Shown here in pieces: positions 9,101 through 19,224 of a stretch of DNA of 64,000 nucleotides. This DNA is from Dehalococcoidia bacterium (GTDB lineage: Bacteria; Chloroflexota; Dehalococcoidia; Plut-88900). A model generated the notes under the pieces. That model was not told the DNA's origin. It saw only the letters and a list, made by a program, of their open reading frames with translations, and ran no database searches. The stretch covers positions 640,001-704,000 of the forward strand of contig CBDFLQ010000005.1 in the NCBI GenBank assembly GCA_965249275.1, read 5' to 3'. Numbering within the stretch: the first letter of the stretch is position 1; every line of letters starts with the position of its first letter. The translations under genes and the position numbers were made by a program.

Positions 9101-10075
9101 CTAGAAAAGGCGGTGGACAGCCTCGATGACTCGGGCGTCGCTGGGCATAGCGGCCTGCTCCAGGGAACGGGCGTAAGGCATGGGAATATCGAGAGAGGCG
9201 ACCCTTTGAACGGGGGCATCAAGGTATTCGAGGACGTTTTCCATGATAAGGGCGGAGACCTCTGCGCCGATGCCCATGGGCTTCCAGCCTTCCTCGACGA
9301 CGACGGCCCTGCTGGTCTTTTTCACCGACTCGACAATCGTATCGGTGTCCATGGGTCGGAGGCTGCGGAGGTCTACGACCTCGGCTTCTATGCCCTCCTC
9401 GGACAGCTTCTCGGCGGCGTCCAGGGAGACCCTGGTCATCCGGGAGTAGGTGATGATAGTGACGTCCGAGCCCTCGCGTTTGATGTCGGCCTTGCCGAAG
9501 GGGATGGTGAAGTCGGGGTCTTCGGGGACTTCGCCTCGGGACCCGTATAGGAGGGAGTGCTCTATGAACATAACGGTGTTCGGGTCACGGTAGGCGGTCC
9601 TGAAAAGGCCTATGGCGTCGGCGGGGGTGGAGGGTGCGACTACGCGGAGACCGGGGACGTGGGCGTACCAGCCCTCGAGGCTCTGGGAGTGGGAGGCGGC
9701 AAGCTGGTTGCCACCACCGCTGACGGTGCGGATGACAAGAGGCACGGTGACCTGACCGCCGGACATATAGTGGAGCTTGGCGGCGCTGTTAACGATCTGG
9801 TCGATGGCAAGCAGGCTGAAGTTGATGGTCATTAGCTCGACGATGGGGCGGGAGCCTCCCATTGCAGCGCCGATACCCGCGCCCACTATCACTGATTCGG
9901 ATATGGGCGTGTCCTTGATCCTCTCTCGGCCGTATTTGTCCAGGAAGCCCTTGGTGACGGCGTAGGCCCCTTCATAGGTGCCGATATCCTCGCCCATCAA
10001 GAAGGCGCGGGGGTCGTTGTCCAGAGTCTCCTTGAGGACCCGGCTGATGGCTTTCCTGTAAGTGATTGATGCCAT
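9101..10075 (-). CDS. pdhB: Pyruvate dehydrogenase E1 beta
   Basis: GEDIG, DTPISE, HSQSLE, DLRSLRP motifs. Confidence 0.93.
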   Translation of the reverse strand: MASITYRKAISRVLKETLDNDPRAFLMGEDIGTYEGAYAVTKGFLDKYGRERIKDTPISESVIVGAGIGAAMGGSRPIVELMTINFSLLAIDQIVNSAAKLHYMSGGQVTVPLVIRTVSGGGNQLAASHSQSLEGWYAHVPGLRVVAPSTPADAIGLFRTAYRDPNTVMFIEHSLLYGSRGEVPEDPDFTIPFGKADIKREGSDVTIITYSRMTRVSLDAAEKLSEEGIEAEVVDLRSLRPMDTDTIVESVKKTSRAVVVEEGWKPMGIGAEVSALIMENVLEYLDAPVQRVASLDIPMPYARSLEQAAMPSDARVIEAVHRLF

Positions 10076-10087
10076 GTCGGTGGGTGT

Positions 10088-11068
10088 CTAGGCGTATACG
10101 TCGTCGGAGATGGATTCGTAGGGAAGGACGGGGCTTTCGTCGGCGAAGCGGACTGCGTCCTCAATAACTTCGTCGGCCTCGGCTTCAAGGGCCTTCATTT
10201 CCGTTTCGTCCAGCAGGCCAAGCTCTTCCATGTGGCGTTTCATGCGGACAATGGGGCCCTTGTTGCGCCACTCCTCTTCCTCGGTCTTTTTGCGGTAGAC
10301 CATGGGGTCGGCCATTGAGTGGCCTCGGAAGCGGTAGGAGATCGCCTCAATGAAAGTGGGTCCCTGGCCCTTGCGGGCCCGGTCGACGGCCTCCCTGGTC
10401 GCTTCCATCACCTCGAAGACGTCCATGCCGTCGATCTTGCCGGGGGTGTTGATGCCGTAGACGGGGGCGAAGCGGAAGATATCGGTGCCGGCGAAGGTGT
10501 CGGAGATGGGAGAGCCCATGCCATAGCCGTTGTTTTCGCAGAAGAAGACGACGGGCAGGTTCCAGAGGGCGGCGAGGTTGAGGGACTCGTGGAACTCGCC
10601 CTCGTTGACTGCGCCGTCGCCGAAGAAGCAGAGGGTCACACTATCCTTGCCCTGCTGCTGGGCAGCGAGGCCGAGGCCCACGGCGATGGGCATCATGCCG
10701 CCGACTATGGCGTAGCCCCCCAGAAAGCCTCGTTCGGCGTCGAACAGGTGCATGGAGCCGCCCTTGCCCTTGCTGGTGCCGGTGGAACGACCGAAGAGCT
10801 CGGCCATTATGCGCCGGGGCTCGATGCCCCGGGCGAGGGCGTGGCCGTGCTCCCGGTAGTGGCTGACTATGTAGTCCTGGGGTTTCAGAGTGGAAATCGA
10901 GCCTACGGCCATGGCCTCTTCGCCAATATACAGGTGCAGAAATCCGCCGATTTTGCCTCTCATGTACATTTCTGCGGCCTTCTCCTCAAATCTGCGGATG
11001 AGCAACATCTGTTTGAGGAGGTCCGTATACTGCCATTTTTCCATGATGGGCTTGCTGAGTACTTTCAT
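10088..11068 (-). CDS. pdhA: Pyruvate dehydrogenase E1 alpha
   Basis: GFLHLYIGEEA, GGSMH, GDGA..N TPP motif, YRFRGHSMAD. Confidence 0.95.
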   Translation of the reverse strand: MKVLSKPIMEKWQYTDLLKQMLLIRRFEEKAAEMYMRGKIGGFLHLYIGEEAMAVGSISTLKPQDYIVSHYREHGHALARGIEPRRIMAELFGRSTGTSKGKGGSMHLFDAERGFLGGYAIVGGMMPIAVGLGLAAQQQGKDSVTLCFFGDGAVNEGEFHESLNLAALWNLPVVFFCENNGYGMGSPISDTFAGTDIFRFAPVYGINTPGKIDGMDVFEVMEATREAVDRARKGQGPTFIEAISYRFRGHSMADPMVYRKKTEEEEWRNKGPIVRMKRHMEELGLLDETEMKALEAEADEVIEDAVRFADESPVLPYESISDDVYA

Positions 11069-11086
11069 GGCCTGCTCCGCGTCCCG

Positions 11087-12466
11087 CTACATGTGAATAG
11101 CCTGGCCCATTGCTGCCAGTGCTGCTTCCTTAAGGGCTTCGGAAAGGGTGGGGTGGGGGTGAACCGCGAGGCCGATATCCTCGACCGTAGCATCGAGGGC
11201 CTGGGCCACCGACACCTCTCCCAAAAGCTCCGTAACCTCCGGCCCGATCATATGGGCTCCAAGTATCTCGCCGTACTCTGCCCCGGCGACGACTTTTACG
11301 AACCCCTCCCTGTCACCCAGTCCCAGGGCTTTTCCGCTGGCCATAAAGGGGAACTTGCCGACTTTCACGTCGAGGCCGCGCTCTCGGGCCTGGGCTTCGG
11401 TAATGCCGACGCTGGCGACCTGGGGTTGGCAGTAGGTTGCCCTGGGTATGTTTTCAGAGACCAGCTTGGTTGTTGGGAGGCCGGCGATGGTCTCGACGGC
11501 GATGTGACCCTGGGCGAAGGCCGTGTGGGCGAGGAGAGGAGCACCGGTGACGTCTCCTACGGCGAATACATTAGAAAGATTGGTGCGCATCACGTCGTCG
11601 ACCGCGATGAAGCCGTTTCGCATCTCAATGCCAAGCTCCGGCAGGCCAGTGCCCGCAATGTTGCCCTCCAGCCCTACGGCAACGAGAACTTTGTCGCAGA
11701 CGACCTGGGAGGTGTCGGGGCCAGTGGATACCGTGAGGGTGCCTACGCCGTTGGTGAAATCTGAGGCCTCGACACGGGAGCCGGTCATGATATTGATGCC
11801 CTGTTTCTGGAAGGACTTTTCGAGGGTTTCGCTGATCTCAGGATCCTCGTTGGGGAGGAGGTGGGGCAGGAGCTCGATGATGGTAACCTCGCAGCCGTAG
11901 GTGGACCAGAGATATGCGAACTCGGCGCCCGCGGCGCCGCCCCCGACAATGGCCGTGCGTCCGGGAAGCTGCTTCATCGCAAGGGCTACGCGGGTGGTGA
12001 TGATACGTTCGCCGTCAACGGGGAGCGGTGGCAAACCTTTGTTGAGAGCACCGGTGGCAACGATGATGTTCCCGGCTTCGATCTCTTCCTGGCCGTCGAC
12101 CAATACGCGGCCGGGGGCAGGAATCGAGGCCATTCCGGGGATAACATCGATGCCGTAGCGCTTCATAAGGGACTTCAGGCCGCCTACCAGTCTCTTCACC
12201 ACCTGGCGGCTGCGGTCGACGGCCTTGCCGTAATCGACGGTGAGGTTGTCGAAGGAGATGCCGAACTCGTTGGCTCGGTGGAAGAGAGAAAGGACCTCGG
12301 CGTTGCGTAGGAGGGCCTTGCTGGGTATGCAGCCCCAGTTCAGGCACAGGCCCCCGACCTCTTCCTTTTCGACTATGGCCGCGCGGAGACCGAGCTGGGC
12401 CCCGCGGATGGCGGCCACATAGCCCCCCGGGCCCCCACCAATGACGACTATGTCATAACTTTTCAT
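11087..12466 (-). CDS. lpdA: Dihydrolipoamide dehydrogenase E3
   Basis: GGGPGG, GGLCLNWGCIP redox disulfide, HPHPTLSE. Confidence 0.96.
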   Translation of the reverse strand: MKSYDIVVIGGGPGGYVAAIRGAQLGLRAAIVEKEEVGGLCLNWGCIPSKALLRNAEVLSLFHRANEFGISFDNLTVDYGKAVDRSRQVVKRLVGGLKSLMKRYGIDVIPGMASIPAPGRVLVDGQEEIEAGNIIVATGALNKGLPPLPVDGERIITTRVALAMKQLPGRTAIVGGGAAGAEFAYLWSTYGCEVTIIELLPHLLPNEDPEISETLEKSFQKQGINIMTGSRVEASDFTNGVGTLTVSTGPDTSQVVCDKVLVAVGLEGNIAGTGLPELGIEMRNGFIAVDDVMRTNLSNVFAVGDVTGAPLLAHTAFAQGHIAVETIAGLPTTKLVSENIPRATYCQPQVASVGITEAQARERGLDVKVGKFPFMASGKALGLGDREGFVKVVAGAEYGEILGAHMIGPEVTELLGEVSVAQALDATVEDIGLAVHPHPTLSEALKEAALAAMGQAIHM

Positions 12467-12482
12467 GCTTACAGGATACTAC

Positions 12483-13361
12483 CTAGACCTGCTCGTGAGC
12501 GTGGTAGGAGCTGCGGACCAAGGGGCCGGACTCCACGTGACGGAAACCCATCCTCCGGCCTTCTTCCTTCAGCTCGGCGAACTCCTCGGGGGTGTAGTAG
12601 CGAGATATGGGGAGGTGCGACTCGGAGGGGCGGAGGTACTGGCCTATGGTGAGGATGTCGCAGCCGACGTCATGCAGGTCGTGCATGGACTGCAGCACCT
12701 CTTCAACCTCTTCCCCAACACCCATCATCATGCCGGATTTGGTCAGCTTATCCGGCGACTTGATCTTGGCCCTCTCCAGTAGCTGCAACGATCTTTCGTA
12801 TGTGGCCCGGGAGCGGACAACCTTCTGGAGACGGGCGACGGTCTCGATGTTGTGATTTAGGATATCGGGTCCGGCGCCGAGGACCGTGTCCAGGCTGGAC
12901 TCGGAGCCGCCAAAGTCGGGTATAAGCACCTCGATACGGGTTTCGGGATTGCGCAACCTAGTCCTGGTAATCACCTCGCCGAATGCAGAGGCGCCGCCGT
13001 CGGGCAGATCGTCCCGGGCCACGGAGGTAATGACGACGTGGGAGAGGTTCATCTTCTCGACGGCTCGGGCGACGCGCTCGGGCTCCAGGGGGTCGTTCCA
13101 AGTGGGCTTGCCGCTGGTTACGGCGCAGAAGCGGCAAGCTCGGGTGCAGACGTCACCGAGGATCATGAAAGTAGCGGTGCGGTTCTGCCAGCATTCGAAG
13201 ATGTTGGGGCAGTTGGCCTCCTCACAGACCGTGTTGAGGGTCATCTTCCGCATCAATGACTTCAACTCCAGGTAGTTGGGGCCAGTCTTGAGGCGGACCT
13301 TCAGCCACGGGGGGCGTCGGGAGGGTGGGGAGGATTTTGTGGAGATAGTTGTAGGGCCCAT
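12483..13361 (-). CDS. lipA: Lipoyl synthase
   Basis: [20 protein letters not shown] and RSSY motifs. Start uncertain (ORF open to 13415). Confidence 0.95.
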   Translation of the reverse strand: MGPTTISTKSSPPSRRPPWLKVRLKTGPNYLELKSLMRKMTLNTVCEEANCPNIFECWQNRTATFMILGDVCTRACRFCAVTSGKPTWNDPLEPERVARAVEKMNLSHVVITSVARDDLPDGGASAFGEVITRTRLRNPETRIEVLIPDFGGSESSLDTVLGAGPDILNHNIETVARLQKVVRSRATYERSLQLLERAKIKSPDKLTKSGMMMGVGEEVEEVLQSMHDLHDVGCDILTIGQYLRPSESHLPISRYYTPEEFAELKEEGRRMGFRHVESGPLVRSSYHAHEQV

Positions 13362-13622
13362 ATCTAAATTATTCGCAGGCCAAATACCAGGGGACACTCC
13401 GAGCACATTATACACTTTCGGCCCGTAGGCAAATTTATGCCTATTGCCATCCCCCCCTGCACCCCAGCCCCGGGCCTATTTGCCCATTCATGTCCCAGTG
13501 TGAACGGGGAAGGGAATCAAATCAGGTTGCGGGGGAGTCGGGGGTGGGGTGCAGAAATGAGCTCTTAATGCCCTGTAGTTGAGCCCCATAACTTTAGAAG
13601 CTAGTGCGTTACTGATATGTAA

Positions 13623-13644
13623 TAGCAATAATGATTCATTGCTA
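13623..13644. promoter_or_regulatory. AT-rich inverted repeat, candidate Fur-family (Zur) operator
   Basis: TAGCAAT-AATGATTC-ATTGCTA just upstream of the promoter of the metal ABC operon. Confidence 0.5.
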
Positions 13645-13679
13645 CTGCTACCCTGACTGCCACTGGTCATTGGTACGAC

Positions 13680-13708
13680 TTGACAAGAGTTTCAGGTGAT
13701 TTTATGAT
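13680..13708 (+). promoter_or_regulatory. sigma70 promoter of the znu-like operon
   Basis: TTGACA-17-TATGAT. Confidence 0.7.
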
Positions 13709-13781
13709 GTCGTACAAGCTAAGTCGATCACCCTTAAATGACTGACTAAAGATACTGAATATCAAGTGAGACGCACCGCAC

Positions 13782-14981
13782 ATGATATTACATGCCAATA
13801 AATTTCAGCTGCCAGCTATTGCTCTGACGCTAGTCTTGGCGGGCATCTTGGCAATTGTGGTGGTCGCAGGTTGCTCGGGTGGGGATGGCACGGACGGTGG
13901 GGGAGAGTCAGATGTGGTCCAGGTGGTCACTACTATCAGCTTCATAGCAGACTGGGCGGAGAACGTGGGTGGTGACCGGGTGGAGGTGTTCAGCCTGGTA
14001 CCGACCGGCGCCGACCCCCACGGGTTTCAGCCCGGGGCCAGGGACGTTGCCAAGATCGCGGATGCCGATATCGTATTCAGTGTCGGGCTCAGTCTTGAAG
14101 GATCCTGGTTGAGGGAACTGTTGGAGAATGCGGCTCGGGACCCTTCCACCATCATTGAACTCAGCGACGCCATAGAGCCCATTGAGTTTGCTGAATCTCA
14201 CAAGGAAGACGTGGAGCTTCTTGAGCACATTGGTGAGGCCGTTCATGAGGTGGAAGAAGGGGAACTCACGCCCGATGCCGCTATCGAAGAGATAAAGGGT
14301 CTGCTCACTGCTGCCGATGAGGAAGAAGAGACCGCGATGGTCCAGGCAATAATTGATCAGGTGGATGGCGGCGCGATGGACCCCGCAGATGGCATCGAGG
14401 AGATCGAACACCTTCTTTCCGAAGGAGAGGATGAGCACGAGGGCCACGGGCATGGTGTAGAGGACCCGCACTTCTGGTTCGACCCGCTCCGGGTGAAGCT
14501 GGCAGTTAACGAAATCACAGCCCGTCTCTCAGTCCTGGACCCTGATGGCGCTGATGGCTATGTAGCAAACGCTTCCGAATACAACGCTCAGTTGGACGAG
14601 CTGGACGAATGGACGCAAGATCAGGTTGCTTCCATTCCTGATTCCCAAAGGTTCCTTGTGACCTCCCACGACAGCTTCGGATACTTCGCAGAGAGGTACG
14701 GGTTCGAAGTGGTGGGGGTTATTCTGTCCACGACCACGGAAGTGGAGCCGTCGGCGGAGCACCTCACGGAACTTGTTGAAGTGGTGGAGAAGTACAACGT
14801 ACCGGCGGTGTTCGGAGAGGCGACAGTAAGCGAGCGGCTAGCCACATCCATCGCCGAAGAGTCGGGGGCGGAGCTCATATGGCTCTATTCCGGGTCTCTC
14901 GGGGTAGATGGGAGCGGGGCAGAGACTTACCTGGACATGATGCGGACGAATGTCGAGCGCATAGTCAGGGCTCTCAAGTAA
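13782..14981 (+). CDS. Zn/Mn ABC transporter substrate-binding lipoprotein (ZnuA/TroA family)
   Basis: Lipobox VAGC, DPH, DPHFWFDP, TSHDSFGY; long acidic/His-rich insert. Confidence 0.92.
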   Translation: MILHANKFQLPAIALTLVLAGILAIVVVAGCSGGDGTDGGGESDVVQVVTTISFIADWAENVGGDRVEVFSLVPTGADPHGFQPGARDVAKIADADIVFSVGLSLEGSWLRELLENAARDPSTIIELSDAIEPIEFAESHKEDVELLEHIGEAVHEVEEGELTPDAAIEEIKGLLTAADEEEETAMVQAIIDQVDGGAMDPADGIEEIEHLLSEGEDEHEGHGHGVEDPHFWFDPLRVKLAVNEITARLSVLDPDGADGYVANASEYNAQLDELDEWTQDQVASIPDSQRFLVTSHDSFGYFAERYGFEVVGVILSTTTEVEPSAEHLTELVEVVEKYNVPAVFGEATVSERLATSIAEESGAELIWLYSGSLGVDGSGAETYLDMMRTNVERIVRALK

Positions 14982-15021
14982 GCGTCGGCAGTATAAAGGC
15001 AACGACAAGGCAGGACGGCAG

Positions 15022-15789
15022 ATGGTAAAGACAGTTAATGATCCGGGCATAAGCATGGAAGACGTGACAGTGCTGCGCGGCGGCCACACTGCGTTGACTG
15101 AGGTCACATTCTCCGTGGGGCCGGGCACTCTGATGGGGGTTCTGGGGCCCAATGGCGCGGGCAAGAGCACCCTGTTCGAGGCCATAGTCGGCCTGCTGCC
15201 CCTTAGTAAAGGCACGGTGAAACTTCACGGCTCCGCCACCGAAAAGGCTGGAGTGTCCTACGTGCCACAGCGAGACAAGATCAACTGGCAGTTTCCCGCC
15301 ACTGTCCAGGACGTGGTGACCATGGGGCGAGGCTGGAATATCGGGTGGTTCAGGCAGCCTGGGAAACAGGACCGTGAGATAGTACGCGATTGCCTGGACC
15401 GGGTAGACCTGTGGGACAAGCGCAAATCTCTCGTCACCGAGCTATCCGGGGGGCAGCGGCAGCGGGTCTTTATAGCTCGGGCCCTGGCACAGGAGGCCAG
15501 CATAATCCTGCTGGACGAGGCCTTTAGCGGGGTAGACGTCGGGGCGCAGGAGGGGATTATCGAGGTGCTCCAGACCCTTCGGGACGAGGGTAGGGTAGTT
15601 TTACTGGCAACCCACGACCTCACCAATATGGCCCAACGCTTCGATCAGATTCTATGCATCAATCACCACGTTTGCGCCCAAGGCCCGCCCGATGTGGCGT
15701 TCACGCCAGAGGTCCTTGAAGAGCTTTATGGCTCTCACGGCATCGAGTTTGCCGTCAACCACTTCGACCCAACACTCGGGGGCGGGTGA
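15022..15789 (+). CDS. Metal ABC transporter ATP-binding protein (ZnuC-like)
   Basis: GPNGAGKS, YVPQR, LSGGQRQR, THDL. Confidence 0.93.
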   Translation: MVKTVNDPGISMEDVTVLRGGHTALTEVTFSVGPGTLMGVLGPNGAGKSTLFEAIVGLLPLSKGTVKLHGSATEKAGVSYVPQRDKINWQFPATVQDVVTMGRGWNIGWFRQPGKQDREIVRDCLDRVDLWDKRKSLVTELSGGQRQRVFIARALAQEASIILLDEAFSGVDVGAQEGIIEVLQTLRDEGRVVLLATHDLTNMAQRFDQILCINHHVCAQGPPDVAFTPEVLEELYGSHGIEFAVNHFDPTLGGG

Positions 15790-16616
15790 TGGACTACATA
15801 TTCGGGCCTTTCGAATACAGCTTCATGGTGCGGGCGCTGATTGTGTCCGTGCTCGTGGGGGTGATGTGCCCGATCCTGGGGGCCTACGTCATCACCAGGG
15901 GACGCTCCTTCATGGGCGACGCCCTGGCGCACTCCGTGCTGCCCGCGATGGTGGTCGCCTTCCTGCTCGGTATCAGTCCTTTCTTCGCAGCAGTGCCGGC
16001 GGGAATTTTGATTGCACTGTTGATGGGGGCAGTGAGCCGGCGCACGGGGGTCAGCGAGGACACATCGATCGGAATAATTTTCGCGGGCATGTTCGCGCTG
16101 GGACTGGTGATGCTTTCCAGGGCGACGAATATCAACGTTGACATAGAGGACCTGCTTCTCGGACAAGTTCTCGGGGTTTCACAGACGGACGTATATGTGT
16201 CGCTGGGCCTGACGGCCCTTGTGTTGGTGGGTCTTTACGCGTTTCACCGACAGCTGGTCTACACGACGTTCGACGCGGTGGGTGCGGCGGTGGTTGGAAT
16301 AAAGACCCGGTTTATCGAATACGTGCTCTTAGCCCTTCTAGCTCTAGTTATTGTTATCGGAATACAGGCGGCGGGAATCGTGCTGGTGATGGCGATGCTG
16401 ATCACGCCTGCGGCGGCTGGGTACTTGCTGGCGAGACGGTTTGTCGGGGTGATGGTCATAGGGGCGGTTATTGGAGCGTTATCGGCGATAGCGGGTCTTT
16501 ACCTTTCCTACTACGCTGATCTGCCCTCGGGCCCGGCCATGGCACTGGTAGCGACAGGATTCTTCGCTGTAGCAGCAGTTGTAAAGAAGGGCATATTCGC
16601 CAAGTCTGGAGGTTGA
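15786..16616 (+). CDS. Metal ABC transporter permease (ZnuB-like)
   Basis: GDALAH motif, LPSGP, hydrophobic. Confidence 0.92.
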   Translation: MMDYIFGPFEYSFMVRALIVSVLVGVMCPILGAYVITRGRSFMGDALAHSVLPAMVVAFLLGISPFFAAVPAGILIALLMGAVSRRTGVSEDTSIGIIFAGMFALGLVMLSRATNINVDIEDLLLGQVLGVSQTDVYVSLGLTALVLVGLYAFHRQLVYTTFDAVGAAVVGIKTRFIEYVLLALLALVIVIGIQAAGIVLVMAMLITPAAAGYLLARRFVGVMVIGAVIGALSAIAGLYLSYYADLPSGPAMALVATGFFAVAAVVKKGIFAKSGG

Positions 16617-16827
16617 GACTGACATCTTGGGCACCCGGACAATCTAGGCCTGGGGCAAGATGTACAGCTTAGGATCGAGTGGAGACTGCCAATCCTCCAT
16701 AAGTATGGTACAAGGTATAGAAAACCATGCCAAAGGACAGCCTCACGCTGGTGCGGTCCTACCGTTGCGGTAATAAACTTAAGCTATTGCGGTTCCTGCG
16801 AAAAAGGTTACGGGAATCCGTGCGCAA

Positions 16828-17853
16828 TTAAATCGGGAGCCACTTCCTTCTACGCGTCTTGGAGCGCACCTTGGATACCGGATGGTCCTCGTGGTGGTCT
16901 TCCTTGCATCCTACGACTGATTCCTCCATCTGCACGGTAGCATGGGTGATGCCGAAGTTATCGTGCGCCAAGTCTTTGATCCGCCTCAACAGGCCGTCCC
17001 TGTCTCCGGGGTAGGCAGGATCGACAAGCACGTGGGCGGTGAATGCCACCATTCCTGATGTGATAGTCCAGACGTGAACATCGTGGATCAGGGTCACGCC
17101 CTCAAATTCTTCGATGTCGCTGCAGAGCTTGTAGACATCCAGGTGCTCGGGGGCGGCTTCGAGCAGCACGTTAACTATCCTGGCGATCAGGCCCCGGGTG
17201 CCGTTCAGGATCAGGGCGACAATGACGATGCTGATGATCGGGTCGGCGATGGTCCATCCGAATCCCATTATCAAGGCTGCGGAAATCACTACGCCCACCG
17301 AGCCGAGCAGGTCTGCCAGAACATGCTGGAAAGCCCCCTCAACGTTCAGGCTGTGCCCCGATGCCCGCTGAAGCATCCAGGCGGCTACGACGTTGACCGC
17401 AAGACCCCCCAGCCCTACGTAGAGCACGAGAGGCCCCTGCACCTCCAAGTGTCCGGCACTCAGTTCGTGGAACCGGTGGTACGCCTCCACGCATATCCAG
17501 GCGGCAATCAGCCACAGGCCGATCACGTTGGCCAATGCGGCGAGGACCTCTGCCCTGTAGTAGCCGAAAGTACGGGTGGCCGATGAAGCCCGCTCGCCGA
17601 TCCACATGGCTACCAGGGCCAAGACTATAGATAGCGCATCGGTGAGCATGTGGCCGGCGTCGGCGAGAAGGGCGAGGCTGCCGGAGAGGATGCCGCCGAC
17701 CACCTCGGCGACCATGTAGCTGGAAATCAGGGTAAGGGCAAGGGCCAGGCTGCGGCGGCTGGCGCCCCGCAACTCGGCGGCATGGTCATGGCCGGCGTGA
17801 TCATCGTGGTCGTGACCGGCGTGGGAGTCATGGTCGTGTTCTTTTTCCGACAT
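16828..17853 (-). CDS. Cation diffusion facilitator (CzcD/ZitB-like) with His-rich N-terminus
   Basis: LLADAGHMLTD, TFGYYRAE, HVLAD, HDVHVW. Start set at MSEKEH, which has an RBS. Confidence 0.92.
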   Translation of the reverse strand: MSEKEHDHDSHAGHDHDDHAGHDHAAELRGASRRSLALALTLISSYMVAEVVGGILSGSLALLADAGHMLTDALSIVLALVAMWIGERASSATRTFGYYRAEVLAALANVIGLWLIAAWICVEAYHRFHELSAGHLEVQGPLVLYVGLGGLAVNVVAAWMLQRASGHSLNVEGAFQHVLADLLGSVGVVISAALIMGFGWTIADPIISIVIVALILNGTRGLIARIVNVLLEAAPEHLDVYKLCSDIEEFEGVTLIHDVHVWTITSGMVAFTAHVLVDPAYPGDRDGLLRRIKDLAHDNFGITHATVQMEESVVGCKEDHHEDHPVSKVRSKTRRRKWLPI

Positions 17854-18015
17854 AGTGTCTCCCCCAGTTGGCGTCATGTTAGCTTGATATGCATAGCCTG
17901 TCCACACGGAATCCCTATTACCCATTTACATCTATTTCTTTGGTATAATCCCCACTCGATGGACATTCCCCGTAATAAGCTAGTTTCCGGAAGGAAAGGG
18001 GAGAATATACCTGTT

Positions 18016-19086
18016 ATGAGCAAATACAAAGTGCTTTTAGGAATTCTGGGACTTGCCCTTGTGTTGGCAGTTGCAGTCGCTTGTGGCGGCGGGGACTCTG
18101 AGACGACGTCGGGTGAAAGGCTTGCCGCGGTGCAGGACCGGGGCAATGTGATATGCGCGAGCAGGAACGACGTGCCCGGATACGGGTACCTTGACGAGGC
18201 CGGAAACAACGTTGGATTCGACATAGACCTGTGCCGGGCCTTAGCGGCGGCGGTCCTGGGCGATCCCAACGCATTCGAGATCCGGCTGATAACCGCGGCG
18301 GAACGGGGCCCGACGATCCAGTCCGGCGAAGTGGACATGCTCGTGCGGACCGTTACCTGGACCACCTCCCGTGACGCTAGCTGGGGTAACTACGTTCAGA
18401 CGATGTTCTACGACGGCCAGGGGTTCATGGTCCCGAAGGCCTTGGGAATCTCAAGCGCCCTGGAGCTCAAGGACACAAGTGTTTGCGTGACGCAGGGTAC
18501 TACTACGGAGTTGAACCTTCAGGACTTCTCCAACCAGAACAACCTGAACATTACTCCTCTTACCTTTGAGGACACCGACGCTGTCCTAGCCGCCTACGAG
18601 AACGGTCAATGTGATTCCTTTACAAATGACAACTCTCAGTTGGCCGCGCTGGGCACGGCATTGTCGGACCGGGACGCTCACACAATTCTCCCTGAGACTA
18701 TCTCGGAAGAGCCCCTAGGGCCTGTTGTTCCTCACGGCGATGACCAATGGTTCGACATTGTAAAGACCGTCATGGGCATCCTGATCTACTCCGAAGCCTA
18801 CGGCGTAGATTCCGGCAACGTGCCCACCGCGATCACGGGCGACACCAAGGTTGACCGACTGTTTGGTCTGGAGGGATCCTTCGGACAGGACGTACTGGGC
18901 CTCAAGAAAACGGCAGCCCAGGACGTGATTAGATCTGTTGGAAACTACGGCGAGATTTACGAACGCAATTTGGGACCTGGCGGGATAAACCTGCCGAGGG
19001 AGAACGGACGAAACGCACTTTGGGCCGACGCCCCGTGCACGGATTGCCCAAAGGGAGGTCAGATCTACGCAGCGCCGCTGCGTTAG
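18016..19086 (+). CDS. General L-amino acid ABC transporter substrate-binding lipoprotein (AapJ/BztA-like)
   Basis: Lipobox AVAC, GFDIDLCRA, TWTTSRD, GTTTE, GNYGEIY. True start MSKYK, not 17650. Confidence 0.9.
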   Translation: MSKYKVLLGILGLALVLAVAVACGGGDSETTSGERLAAVQDRGNVICASRNDVPGYGYLDEAGNNVGFDIDLCRALAAAVLGDPNAFEIRLITAAERGPTIQSGEVDMLVRTVTWTTSRDASWGNYVQTMFYDGQGFMVPKALGISSALELKDTSVCVTQGTTTELNLQDFSNQNNLNITPLTFEDTDAVLAAYENGQCDSFTNDNSQLAALGTALSDRDAHTILPETISEEPLGPVVPHGDDQWFDIVKTVMGILIYSEAYGVDSGNVPTAITGDTKVDRLFGLEGSFGQDVLGLKKTAAQDVIRSVGNYGEIYERNLGPGGINLPRENGRNALWADAPCTDCPKGGQIYAAPLR

Positions 19087-19116
19087 TGCCCCACTGGACT
19101 TAAACTGAAGCTATCA

Positions 19117-19149
19117 GAGGGGCGGCCAAGCAAATGCTGGCCGCCCCTC
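19117..19149 (+). terminator. GC-rich intercistronic hairpin after the SBP gene (mRNA-stabilising or partial terminator)
   Basis: GAGGGGCGGCCA / TGGCCGCCCCTC 12-bp stem; no U-tract. Confidence 0.5.
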
Positions 19150-19224
19150 ACTGCATTTAGGCATGCACAAGTTATGGGTTTGCAATAGAATCGGCCTGAC
19201 ACCGGGCCCGCTAATTGGCAGAAT

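Noticed and set aside
10319-11764. Long antisense ORFs (e.g. 481 aa here, 616 aa at 57834-59684, 382 aa at 55006-56154)
   Set aside because: Shadow ORFs opposite well-supported genes in GC-rich DNA; no recognisable motifs.
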